Below, piece by piece: positions 1 to 12,510 of a DNA stretch of 64,000 bases. The stretch's first letter is position 1, and each line of letters begins with the position of its first letter. The position numbers and the translations under genes are program-made. Source of the DNA: Dudresnaya verticillata (lineage: Eukaryota); NCBI GenBank assembly GCA_977862235.1, contig OZ374564.1:2170001-2234000 (forward strand), written 5' to 3'. Below the pieces are notes generated by a model. It saw nothing but the letters and a program-made list of their open reading frames with translations. It ran no database searches and was not told the DNA's origin.

Positions 1-415
1 CTTTGCGCCGTTTATACTCGTCTTGAGGAAGCTCTGCATTATGGCGAGGGCTCATGCCGTGGGCCTGCATAGAGGCAGTAACGAAGGGAAGAGTGCCTCT
101 CTTGCGCAGAATGAGATAAAGAATCTCAAACAATAGATGGGAATGGGACCCTTGCGTCTAGTGCCATCGGCGAAATGGGTAGTGGCGTGTGCCAAGGCTA
201 CTCCACAATGCGGTTCTGTAGGTTCATGAAGACAGTTCAAGTAACAACAAAAGGCGTTGGCGGTGCTCAGAAGAGCTGCTTAGCTGTGGCTATTGAAATC
301 TTGCGAAGGGAAGGAATCCTCGGTATGTACAAAGGCGTCAATGCTGTAGCGTTGCGGCAAGCAACGAATTGGGGATCTCACTTTCGGTTCTGCAGAGTTG
401 TTGAGTCCACCGCAG
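1..415 (+). pseudogene. YHM2: Mitochondrial carrier (SLC25) fragment, citrate/oxoglutarate carrier YHM2-like, frameshifted and truncated
   Basis: LWRGLMPWACIEAVTKG (~39-90) in one frame, then GVCQGYSTMRFCRFMKTV...EGILGMYKGVNAVALRQATNWGSHF in another. These resemble the Yhm2 motifs GLIPWAWIEASTKG and KGVNAVAIRQMTNWGSRF as recalled. Similarity ends near 415. Confidence 0.7.
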
Positions 416-757
416 GAAGGATGGCTTCTTTCGATAGTATCGTAAGGTATCATACTTTTCAATCACTGGCAGACTCACCTCTGGGCTCGTTCAACACAAT
501 GCGAGAGAGAATTTTCTCAGCCTCATTGCACTCTTGCAACTCCCGTGGCGTGTCGGGAAAGCTCCGAGTACGGAAATCTGCAGTTAGAAGAACGGGGCGC
601 CGGCTTTGGTGAGCAAAGAAAGGCGGACGCGGTGTGTTACACGGGCCCAGTTGAAAGGCAACCTAGATGGCGCAGGAAACGGCTCGGGTCGTGACGTGCG
701 CTCAGAAATATTTACTAATCGCGGCTACAGTGCCATGGAGGTTCCGGAACAGGCCTT

Positions 758-1800
758 CTAGGATTCGGAGCGGGAGGATCGTGGGCTGGATTGGGCCTCC
801 ACGGATGTAATCACAGTTTCCAGGGCAAACAAAGCCTGCGATAAGGCCAATGTGACACTTCGATGAACTCGACGAAACATACTGCCAACCATGCGCAGAG
901 CTGCTCTCTGCAGAGGGGCAACCAGCTGACGTAGCTCATCCTGAGCGCTCCTAAGTTGCTGTAATTCTTCTTCAAGCTCAACGAGTTGCGCTTCGACATC
1001 TTCGAGACTGATGTCTTCCGTTTGCATCAGGCTTGTTCCGTGACTTCAGACTCCTAGTTTCTGCGGGCAAGGTGGCGCTGCAAAGCCGCGATATGTACCC
1101 TGGCTTCTGTAAGTTTCTCCAGGATGAAGACAAGCAGACGGTTGATTTGACACACAACTGGCCACCCTAGTCGCTGAAGCTCACGCGACAAGTACGATAC
1201 CGTCACCCGAATGGTCCTGTTCTCCCCCTGCAGTGTAGCTATTCTCTCCTGAGCGGAATGCAGCCTCCCTTCTCTTGTCTCTTGATACATGTTGTGCATA
1301 AGGTAGAGTCTGGAACGTTTGTCTCACGGCGAACTTCAAATTTTCAGACTGGTACTTGATGCACAGGTTGGTGCATGTTCGCAAACTGATGAAAAGCCAG
1401 CTGTAGCCCACGGCAGCTCATTGTATTGCGTGGAATCTGTGACTTGTCCTTCTTCTGCAAGAAAACTTACGGGGTATCGATACGTAAACATCAACGCAGC
1501 CGGCAGCCGGGGTCGTACTTCTCAGTCACTCTCGATGCTATTTCTTATCCTTGACGCCCATCAATACTACCCGCTTGTGGTCGCATGGCGGAATAGAGCA
1601 GTCTGCAGGGCGTACCCTTGCAATACCGAGTACTGCTTCTTGATTGACGGGGACTCGAGATTCACGACTTGTCCGTTCTGATTGGTAATATGGCACGCTC
1701 GTCTCTCGAATCAGACTGTTTTGTTCGCACTGGTGCTGTAGTGTATGGCGGAATGGAGTGGTGCATACAGAGCGAGAGGGAAGCCCTTCCAATACCAGTC
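758..1800 (-). other. Cluster of short degenerate ORFs including two coiled-coil-like peptides ('cargo B')
   Basis: ORFs 758-1027 and 1054-1299 are rich in heptad Leu/Glu/Gln/Arg. Layout and the motif RYPVSFLAEEG weakly resemble 31048-32119 (KYPCSFTGQEE). Confidence 0.3.
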
Positions 1801-2080
1801 GTTTTAACTGCGATCCGTAGCAACTCTGGGCATGCGCAAGCCTGTCATGCAGAACGCCCCACCGCCACTGGAACAGTATTATATCGGTGTCGTTTCAGAA
1901 GCGCCCTCGGCCCTCCCGAATATTCCAGCTCTTTCTTCAGAACAAGTAGCGCACAGCTATCGCGCCCTAGCGGGAACATCGATTTTGTTGCTTCACTTCG
2001 CCCGCCCTGAGTGCAAGGAGCATCTTGCACTAGTGAATTGAAAAAGGCTCAGACTCCCCTGCCGAAAGGGGTAGTAGGAC

Positions 2081-5000
2081 ATGGCCCAAGTCTCATCTGG
2101 GCAGGTTTCGAAAGCAGCAAACGTTCCAGTTCAGAACGACGACGACTTCGGCGATGAGCTGCTTCCCGGAACAAAGCCCGGCGCACGAGTCATGCTCACT
2201 CTCAACGGGGAACACGTTGCTACAGCAACCCTGCTACGACCTCATGATTTTAGGGAGGGTGCCGTTGATCCCAGTGGCCGATTCAGCACATACCTGCACG
2301 GGCGCAACCTTGGGCCTCAACAACGTGATGGAGAAGTATGGGTTGTAGTTCACCTCGTCCGATGCCTCCACAACTGCAATTCCTACGAAAACCCGTTCCA
2401 GTACAAACCGGGCAGTACGCCTTGTCCGGAGACACTAAGTCGAATGCAAACTGGAACACACGCCTGGGACCTATTCCAGATTGAGGATCTCGTAACCATC
2501 TACAATAAAGAGCGCAGAAAAAGCTCAGGTGCGACTGTCTCCGGAGTGGAAAAACGTGCGGTGGCTGACGCTAACCCACTAACACCCCCTTTGCTCATGG
2601 TTCGCAAATCCGCTCCTCACCCAAAACAGCAGCATGGTGTTGAAGAAATGGCAGCGGTTAACGGCCTTCAACACCACCGCCAGAGAAAGTCAATGAAGAG
2701 GAAGGTGTCACAAAACTTCTGCAATACACACCTGTACGCCGGCCACCTATGCGTGAACGACCCCAGAAACCATCCAAGAATAACGTCCCGGACGCCTTAC
2801 CAGTCTCTTCGGCCCCAATGTCTCTTAAACCCACGACTCCACCCGTGGAAGAGAGAGATCCTCGTGTAGGCGTGACAGACACAGGCGATGCAGATCTGAA
2901 ACAAAACTCTGCTAGGGCTGTCGGATCTATTCCTTCTCGAGGAAAAGGATCAAGCGACGAAGAGAACTGCATCATGCCCCAGCCATGCCCTGCACACAAT
3001 GTCAGACGTACGACTGAAAGCAGTTCGGGTTTTAGTAGTGGCGCACCAGAAACCGACCCTGATGCTATCCCGGCGGTGGCCGCGAGTACTAACACAAAGG
3101 GCGACATGGAACGAACGTCAGGTGCTGATGGCTCGGAAATAGAGCACGGTGAGGAGCAATCAGATGCTGCGACGTTGGATCTGGTGAGCGACGCAGAGGT
3201 GAAAGGTGGAAGTGATGGAATATTAGAAGACGAAGATACTGGAAGCGAGCAGGAAATTGAGGACCTGACCAAGGACGCGGATTACGTGCCGAGTACGACA
3301 ATTTCACGAAGACGCACGGCAGCATATGAGGATGAACGGGTCCCCAAAACGCCCAGAGTTGCTGAGGATGAGACCAATGGCTCCCGAAAGAGAAGGTACC
3401 GCTTCTACGCAAGACAAAGAAAGAAGTTGAGGGTTGGTGATACTGCATTGCAAAAGCGTCGCAATGCTGCTCTGGAAAGGCTTGATGAAAAGGACTGGGG
3501 CTCCAAGGAGTGCTGCATGCGGAAGCAATGCTCCAAGAGGGTATCGATTGTGTACATGAAAGCCAAGATTCGCAAAATGTTGCGTATGGACGCCCATGAT
3601 CGACGAAACTATTTGCACGGGTTGTTGCAGCGACCGGGATGGAATTATTACTTCGACGGTAAGCCAGTATGCTACACGTTCCTGGAGACGGCGTTTGGGT
3701 TTTCCAGTGACCTGCAATATTCAGTCAAACAGTTTGGTGGAAGCCGGCCTATGGAGGGTGACAATGCCGTGCCGTACCAGCCTCCGAGTGAGGGCAGGGA
3801 TAAGGTACTAAGTTACCTCAACCGGCTTGCTGAGATAACAGCAAGCTGCATGCCCGACGCAGATGAGAAGCATCTGCCGTACTTTGATAAGGCTGCGGTC
3901 TACGAGAACTTCCTTCTGGACCAGGAGAGACTGTATCCTGGAAAAGACCCGCCTCGACTAACCTACTTCTACCACGTCTGTAAGCAGCACCGCAGTGACA
4001 TAAAAGGCCGCAAAATCCAACGCTTCACAAAGTGTTCGGAGTGTGAAGAATTTCGTGCTGGACTTGCCAGGGCCGGTACAAACCGCAGACTTGCGGAGCC
4101 GTTCCTGCTCCGTAGAAAGGAACACTACAAGCTGGTTACAAAGGAGAGGGTGTACTACAGGGAGAATACGGAAAAAGCTACTTTGTATCCCTCCGAGTAC
4201 TGCTCACTAATAATTGATGGCGCGGACCAGAAAGCGTTCGGAGTACCAAAGTTCGTGGTCAGCACGAAGGCTACGCGTGGACACGCCATAGCAACCAAAG
4301 TTGTGGGCGCATTGGAACACGGATCATTGAAGCACCTATCCCTGTTCGTCATGACAGGAGAGTTTGAGACCGGCGCAAATCACATGATCGAAACAGTCCA
4401 TCGCCTTCTCACAGTCAAGCATAACCATGGCACTCTGTAGCCTACGCTGTTACTGAAGCTAGACAACTGCACACGGGAGAACAAAAATAAGTACATGCTT
4501 TCTTATCTGGAGTGCTTAGTCGCGTGGGGTGTTCTGCATGAAGTGCAGATTTCCTTTCTCCCAACCGGCCACACCCATTCCGACATCGACCAGGACTTCA
4601 GTTGCACAAGCAAGAGGGTCCGATCAAAAGACATGCCGACCATGTCTTGCCTTCTCCGCGAACTAAGCATGTCATACACGCCTCGTCCATCGGTGGCAAG
4701 GTTGCTTCAGGTAGCCAACTTTTCCGGGCTGTGTGACAAGTATGCGTGTATTGGCAAGACGGAAGCATTCTCACACTACAGATTGTTTCGTATTACTCGC
4801 CAACGTGGTAAGGGAATGGGCAGAAAAGCGAGATTCCGCACACGATGCCTCGTCAAGATTCAGTGTGGAGATGAGTGGAAACCACTTGTAACAGAAGCAC
4901 GTGGCAACTCTCTCAAACAGGAAGGCTTCATACTATTCACCCCTGACCTCGTTAAGACGCCAGAGACCATAGCGCGATGCCCACCTGATATGAAGGAGGT

Positions 5001-5561
5001 CAATGATCGCATACGTTGCACCGAAGTCCGAGCGCTCAAGGCGTCGCAGATCGCCGAACTGGAAAATCTTAGGGATCACGTCTATAGAGATCGAAACGAA
5101 CCTTTTCACTGGGACTTGGATCACGCCCCGGAGACAAATGGGAAGCTGAGAAGGGACAGTAGACAGCATAGAGCCCCGAAATGCTTCCGGAGATACCAGA
5201 AGTGGAGCAACTACCCTCACAGGACCTGACCTACAGCCACAACAGAATGGTGGCCGTCAATTATGTTCAGGCAACCGAGCAATGTCCTTTTTACGTGGCA
5301 AAAGTGATGGAAGTTGTGAAAGGGGACGATGGAAAGGTTTCGAAATTGTTGTTGCGGTGCTATGAAGCCAAACACACCGGTAATGTTTTCAGTGCAGCTT
5401 ATAAACCTTCGTTCTACAAAACTAGGCGTGGGGTCGCAAAGGAATGGGAAGAAGACGTCACCGTTGATTGCGTACTTGTGGAGTTTGAGTCGCCCACTCG
5501 AAATAACCGCCTGCCGGTTGCAGTACAGAAGAAGTTGCGGGAATGTCTTCACAAGCAGTAG
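2081..5561 (+). pseudogene. Sola-like (DUF7869-type) DDD transposase with N-terminal LHG/W domain and C-terminal beta-barrel domain
   Basis: Motifs KCSECEE, IIDGADQ, LKLDNCTRENKN and FLPTGHTHSDIDQDFS. In-frame TAG at 4438-4440 and frameshifts near 2800 and 5200. Confidence 0.8.
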
Positions 5562-5773
5562 CATCCACAACATTTCACACCCGCACCCAGATTGATAGCA
5601 ATGAATAGATAGAGTACTGAGAAGGTGTAAATCTAGGTGTGTAAATCTACTGAGACAGAATGGAAAGTTAACCTTATGTCTTCTGTAAACTCACTTCGCG
5701 CTTGTCTTCAGTCGCGATGCTATCCGCGAGGGGGCTGCTGCGGCGAGTGTCTCATGAACTTGTGAAACAAGCG

Positions 5774-7400
5774 CTAGAATATTGACTCGGTGTCGCTCGG
5801 CATCCTCCGACTTGGTGCGTCCCATTTGCAGTCCAAGAAAGTTTCATCTTGGCTCCGCAAACCATGTGCCTGCACGAAGAGGAGGGATGATGAGAGGTAG
5901 CGTACTAGGCCGGTCGGTGCAATAGTGATGCGCATTAAAATGCCCAGCTCAGTGGCTGGTGGGTTCCTCCATGGAGGTGCATTGAACTGAAAGAGGTGAT
6001 TGAGGAATGGAATTCCCGCTTCCAACGCGGAACAAAGTTGCGCAAACCGCCCGATGGAATCCTGCACCCATTCAATGTCGGAAGGTTCATCATCTTGCAC
6101 CTGATGCATGCGCTCGTTCGTGTCAATGTTTTCCCGAATGGCAGAAAGGGCTCTTCCTATCCATTTTCGCCCAAATTGGCTATCATTAGCTCGGACCGAC
6201 TCTGTGTACCAGTTGGCTAGTTGGGCATTCCGCCCGGCATGCGAGAAGAGCAGCAAGGTCATGGAAACCTGTTTCTTTGTTGCTCTCCTCAGCGATGGGA
6301 AACGGGTAGTACTGGTATGTGCCGCGACTGACAGAAGTGGCGGAGATGACTCGTTCCGAATGAGTCCGTGTCGCGTGCGTAACTAAGGATGCGAATCTCT
6401 GATGTTTCCCGACCAACCATGACGGTTTCGGCTGCAGTATCCGAACTGACGCTAAGCTCCGACACATGAGACTGCTGCGGTTGTAACTAGGGTATTACTT
6501 GACGCGAGCTACAAAAGCCCAACTGTACGCGGAGTTTGTGGGCAGCTACGATTTCCCCCGTAAGATTATCCCAGTTGTTGCGCTTCTGTTGCTTTATGAA
6601 TTCGAGAAGGCTGAACAAAAGCAGCTACTGCCGTTCTGTGAATTGCCGCATGAGCATACCCACGTATTGGGATAGGGTTGGGTCTTGCCGGATCCGCTTC
6701 ACGCCCTTGGCGACAATTTCGGTAGATTGTACCTGCTCCCACATTCTCTTCCCAGTGAAGAACATATACCCCATTAATGGCTGCCTTCTTCTCAGGCTTT
6801 AGATGTACTTGAAAAGGCCCATGACAGATGCGTGCGCGCATCAAGGCAGGTATCTCTGTCGTGAGCACATCTGCGACGGCCCCTAACCTTATGACATAAC
6901 GATTCCTGTCAACCACGGAAAAAAGACCTGGTACCTCTGGCTAAGGTAGAGCTTTACCAAGTTAGGAAACAGATCACTGTGAAACAACGCATCTTGTGAT
7001 TTGCACCATCACTATTGGCACTACCCATGCACTGAAAAGGCCGTCGCAGGCGCAAGCCCGCTGCAACGGCTTGACTGCGCTTCCTCGCTTCTTCTGGAGA
7101 CTTCTGGTTATCTGTCGCTCTGAACAGGTGGAACCGTTCTGTGTGCAGTCCTGAAAGGCTGCTGACGCCTCGTAACCTGCATCACGCCCGGCGTGCCCAC
7201 GCATGAGCTCATCAAGCACAAAATATGTGACCGGGACACCCGCAACTGGTCCGATAAACGGGACGCAACGCAAAAAGGCATCCCATGGCACATAGCCAGC
7301 AGCAGTGCCGCACGTGAGCGGTCCATAGTGATGAAAAGCCAAGACGTGGCGTTCTGCATAGCCAGGGAAGCCTGCCGTTCACGCGTGGTCATGATGGCGT
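5774..7400 (-). pseudogene. Unknown-function gene ('cargo A'), frameshifted
   Basis: Peptide pieces VPWDAFL, FPNLVKLYLS, RYVIRL and LSLRRRQPLMGYMF have counterparts near 21.3-21.9, 26.2-27.2 and 37.2-37.7 kb. Confidence 0.4.
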
Positions 7401-7859
7401 AGTCTTCGGACTGGTGGACTCGCTGGCGCGCATGGCGGCACGACTGGAGGTCGCAGTGAGGGCGGGAGGTACATGCAAGAGGGAGCCGGCTATTCGTACA
7501 GGCGCGGCGGGGTGGGGATATTGGCAGCGGCGAGCCGTTTTGGGGTTGATGCGCGATGCGATATGGAATGCGGGGAGGAGGTGCTGCGCGAGGTGCGCGT
7601 CGCACTGGGTCTTGGATTGGAATGATGGGCATGGGAAGGGGTGGTACTAGTACCAGCACGTAAGTGCGTGAGCACCGCCCGCAACTGGTTTACACCAGAT
7701 TTACCCTGACAGTCAGGCAGTACCAGTCGTGCGGGGCGGCACTGTGCCTTGAACACAGCTCAGGGTGGGCCGGGGATGCGGCGAGCGGGGCCAAGCGTGC
7801 CGAAGCATGAGGGTCGGTGCGCTGGCAGGCGCGCCCGGAGGGCAGCAGGCGGCAGTGCA

Positions 7860-8110
7860 ATTTCTGGGTAGATTTTAATTCGGAAATTCCGAAAGTTTCG
7901 AAACTTTCACGAAAGTTTCGGGGACATTTACCCGTATATGCGGCATGCTGTAACTCCGCAACCGCGCGTGCTATCGCGAAACGGATTACACTATTTTTCT
8001 CAGCTCCCTCTCTCCAGTCCAAAAACGTATAAAAATCGCCATTCTACGAACCTTTTTTCAGTCTGATTCGGAACACAGATTCTGAAATCCCGGAAATCTG
8101 TGTTAAGGGC
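7860..8110 (-). repeat. AT-rich terminal/subterminal block X with palindromes
   Basis: Reverse complement aligns with 25632-25870 and 41121-41345. Contains an 18-bp palindrome GAAAGTTTCGAAACTTTC (7891-7908) and a 10-bp inverted repeat (8072-8081 / 8095-8104). Confidence 0.6.
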
Positions 8111-8159
8111 GCACGCACCACACGAAATCGGGCAACAAACGAAATGGAAAATTTTAATG

Positions 8160-9921
8160 TGAAAACAATAACGCGAAGGCACCGCCAGCCAGGCGGCGCC
8201 CAACAAACGAGAACCCGACAAGTGTGTACCCCAGCACTACGAGCGCCCACGAGGCAAACCAAGCACAGACGCGACAGACCGTCTCCCACGTCCTCGCCCA
8301 GGCGTGCCACCCACGGCCAAGTCCGAAACTCGCCACCCTTACGGGCGGCGGACGCAACCGCCTCGAGGGTGACGCCCGCGAACGTCAACGACGTGTCTCA
8401 AGTCGAAAAAGTGGTCGCCCGCAAATACGAGAGAAGAACCAGTCGTCAAAGCCGGAGTTGGGCTACGTTTCGTGCACGACGCGCTAATCGCAAAAAAATG
8501 ACTCCGCCGCTGGGCGCGGCAGCCGCACTCAGGAGTCGCAGCAAACGCGTCCAACGCGCGGCGTATCGCCAACCTAGTCGTCCCCGACGCTAACCCAACA
8601 TGCCCTACGTCAAGGACGAAAAGCCAACCGACAAACGGCTCCCCAACTACATATTCGCTTAACAAGCGGAATCACGATTTGAACAAAACGACTAAGTTGG
8701 CATGAGAAAATGGGCAATCCCAAAAGGGCTTACGCTACTGTAGCGGAATCAAGAAAGGAGAAAAACGCCACCAAGGCGGCACCGCCCCAAGCTTTTACGC
8801 AAACGCTACTACAGCGAACAGACAACAACAGCGTCTATACGAACGCGACCCGTCGGCTACATACTATTCGCTATCGCAGCGCTCTACATCAAGCGGACAC
8901 ATAAGCAACTACGTTTTACAAACGGTCAAGTTTATTCGGGCTTCACAAGCGAGGGTAACCCCCGTGCCCGTATGACATTCCACTACGACCTACGTCGTGA
9001 GACGCGGCACTAACCATCTATGACGTATGAATCCCTCGCTCGCCGCCCCGCTGCGGGACAAGCAGGGCGACCCCACACGCACTCTCGCGCCCACGAACCG
9101 TTCTTAACGATCCAACAACGCTACGGCTTTTCCGTCGCAGACGGCCCAGATGGCCATCCCCGACGCCATTGGCGGATTCTCTTAACGGCTCTTCGCAGAG
9201 GTCGTCCTCCGTCAGCGACGGTGCGCTCGAAGCTGGGGCAGGGACGGACCGCAAGGGACCCGCCACAACCACTGCTGTCGAAGTCGCGACATCCGCCGCT
9301 GGCGACGCGCCTGGCTCACAACCCGCCTTAGGCGACGACTGTTCGTCAGCCGCCATAGGCGCAGCATTAGAGTCATTATCCGCCTTAGGCGCTACACCAG
9401 GAAGCTCACTCGCCTCTGGCGGCGGAGCATCCTCAACCGCCTTGGGCGAAGTCGACGGCCCCGGCACCTCCGGTGACGGGACCGCATTAACCGCCAAAGG
9501 CGTTGAACGATCAACATCCGTCACTGACGAAGAGGCCACTGGAGCCTGCGGAACCGCCGCAGGTGCTGCCACCGCACTCATCAACGACGTTGGACCAAAC
9601 AACGCCGAAGGCGGAACTCAAAGAAACGCCCTAGGCGGTAAGTGCACGCACGCGTGCACAGATACGACGTCAACGACGGGGTTTCACGCACGCCACTGGC
9701 GAAGTTAGTCAACGACACGTCTTCGACGGGAATTGTTCCTACGCCAAAGGCGGGGGGAAACTGACCGTGCGTCTTTGACGGGGCTCAACCAACTCCAAGG
9801 GCGGGCAAACGCAGACGCGAAGGCGCGGGTGACAGACACGATCGGCGCTGGAAGAGACGCGGACGTAGGAAGGTAGGCAGGCTGAAGCAGGTTGACGTGT
9901 TCGCGTTTTCGGAGGGGGTCG
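8160..9921 (+). mobile_element. 3' internal remnant of a plus-strand LTR retrotransposon, with antisense Ala/Pro-rich ORF 9018-9602
   Basis: Ends in the purine tract GGAGGGGG (9911-9918) just before an LTR. A decayed chromodomain-like start (QVEKVVARKY) lies near 8400. Confidence 0.5.
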
Positions 9922-10836
9922 TGTAGTGCCAGGGGGGGTCCCCTTTTTCGCTTTCAAGCGGGTTGATGTCCTGCGTCTACCGACGGACGACCGCCAACGG
10001 CGCGCTCAACCCGCCCGCGGCGCAAACACGTCACCGACGCATGCCGCTGGCCGCTCGGGCCAGAACGGCTCGCCTGGCGTGCAGACCGCACGCCTGAACC
10101 CGGGACACTGTACGGCGCCACGCGTACGCGCATGGCGCAGTGGCGGGAACGTTCGCTGTAAGCGTGGCCCGAATCCGGATCCAATCGGGATCCCACATCG
10201 GGATCAGACATCGGGATTAAGAGGTGTAAGGCACGCGCCTGTAAGCCTGGCGCATCCGCATGGCTGGCCCGAATCCGGACTGGATCGGGATTGGTGCGGA
10301 TCGAGATCGCACACGCCATGAGGCGCATGCGGCTGTAAGGAAGTACATCCACGTGTAGGTGTAAGGACTCGAGCGGGGAAGCTATGCGTGATCTGTCAGG
10401 AGCGCGGCTGCATGACGGACGGATCTGTCAGACGCGCCTCGGGACAACACGTGTCCCGAGTTCCCGCGCGGCGCCTACACACGCGTCGCCGCCGCTAGTT
10501 AGTTCTATACCTAGTTGATCCGTCCCAGACGTTGAGGTAAACTCCCGGCAAGCCGGCCTTTGTCCAGACTTCCCCGTTCCGCACGCGCGTACCCTACCGC
10601 TGCCTACGGCTAAGCGTCTACCTCCCGTGCTTCCACGTCTCCACCCCTCTTTGACGTGTTCCCTTTTTGTTCTCTTTTGTTCTTCCTTTTCGCCTCGGGC
10701 GTTTACAGTCCGCCCAAGGCGTGTCAACTGCTCTACCACAAGCCACCCAAGGCGAGGCTACTCACCGCCACGGGCGTCGCTACCCACCGAGCCCCGAACT
10801 GCTCGGCGGTGTTCCGTCTAGGACGTTTGCACTACA
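9922..10836 (+). repeat. 3' LTR, family A (915 bp)
   Basis: Inverted termini TGTAGTGC...GCACTACA, PPT upstream, and full-length homology to the reverse complement of 15202-16101. Confidence 0.9.
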
Positions 10837-12510
10837 GTAACCAGCGAGCAGTATGTCCAACGTTCGTTGAAACGTAGCGGGTGCGTTCGTGAGACCCAAT
10901 GGCATACGCTTATAGCGGAACAGTCCGGCGTGGCACGTGAACGCAGTCTTATCGCGGTCTCGCGGGTTGATCGGCACCTGCCAGTACCCACTGTTACAGT
11001 CTAGGGTGGTGAAGACTTTTGCTTCTCCTAGACTGTCAATGCATTAGTCAATACGCGGCAGCGGGTACGTATCCCGTACGGTTACTGCGTTTAAACGGCG
11101 GTATTCTACGCAAAAGCGGAGGGTCCCGTCCTTCTTGGGGGCGAAGACCACTGAAGACGCCCACGGCGATTGTGCGGGTTCGATAACCCCTTGACGCAGC
11201 ATGCGGTCCACTTCCGCTTGAGCGAGTTGTCTTTGCTTCGGCCCCGCTCGGTAAGGCGGGGACGATATCGCTCTAGAGCCGGGTAGCAAGTCGATATAGT
11301 GCTCCGTGGTTGATATTTCTCCCAACGAACCGTCCTACATAGACGAATACTTGCCTAACATCTCCTTAAGCCGGCCTTGATGCTCGGCGGGGAGATGTCC
11401 CAGGTCCAAATCGTCTACTGACGGGGGCTTGGCAGTGGTTGCCTCGATAGACTTCGTGAAAGTATCCGGCTGTGCCGCAGTGTTATCGTTCGTTTGAAAA
11501 CGGAAATCTTGGTTTGCCTTCTCCTCCTCGGCCTGTTCCTCTGTGAGGCCCAAAACATCGGGTAGACTTACGTGACTGGGGAACACTGCTGTCGGATGTG
11601 GTAACGCCGTCGGGACGACTTGGCCCTTGGCTAACGCCTGCGGGCGAGGAGAGAAGTTGGCAACCAGAATGCGAAACGCTTTTAGCAGCTCTACTTGAGC
11701 AATCCCGTTCGTAACGGCCAGACCTTGTTTGTCGTACAGAGTTCTGAACGGTTGAATGGTGATGATGCCGGCGCGCTCGGTGGTCACCGATACCCATTGT
11801 TGCGCCTTAGGCGGGATGATCGCGCGCTCGGCGACTCGGATCTTGGGCGACGTCCTCCCTTCGGCCTTGCCGTATTCCTATTCCGTTGGTAACGGAGGAT
11901 ATGACGGGGGTCGGCGCAGCGGGCGGCGCGTTATAGGGACATGAGTCCCGTCATCCAATTCAACCTCGCGACTTCGCGGATATATCGCTTCGACGAAGCG
12001 GTCGCAAAAGTCGCAGCCGAGTATAACCGGCGCAGCGAGTCGTTCGCGAACGATCAGTTCCAACTTGACGACTCTCCGTCCCAGACGAACGGCCAGGTGG
12101 ATGGTGCCTCTTGTCTGGATCGCCTTATTGTTGGCGTCGGCTATGACGGGGAGGCTCTTTGCCACGATGCGTGATCGCGCTTCCAGCGGAATGTCGTCCA
12201 TGCGAATGAAATTCGGACCAGCCGCCGTGTCGAGGACAGTGAGTTTACGTGTAAAGGTACTGACGGTTGCGCCCAAATCGGCGTACACCTTATAGGTCCT
12301 CCTGGCCATTACGAACAACTGCCTTCGCGCCTGGGGGGGCTGGTACCTTCGACATGGGCGTTTTAATGACGTCTGTGACGACTCTATCCGCCCGTTGGCG
12401 TCATCGGTAACTAACTTCGGGCCCTCATTCCGTGTCAGCACCCGAGGCCTAGGCCTCTCTTCGCGGTGTGACACCCCAGTGTCAGGATTTGGTGCCCGAG
12501 TTAGTTTTTC
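10837..12510 (-). pseudogene. pol: pol fragment (aspartic protease plus N-terminal RT)
   Basis: LTVLDTAAGPNFIR, VILGCDF, PYRAGP, YPLPRID and LDCNSGYWQV, with several stops and frameshifts. Confidence 0.9.

Larger units (their letters stand above)
1690..8110 (+). mobile_element. Putative Sola-like DNA transposon copy 1 (transposase plus convergent unknown gene)
   Basis: Transposase at 2081-5561 and unknown gene at 5774-7400 lie between inverted copies of CGAATCAGACTG (1707-1718 and 8059-8070). Exact termini and TSD not resolved. Confidence 0.5.
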
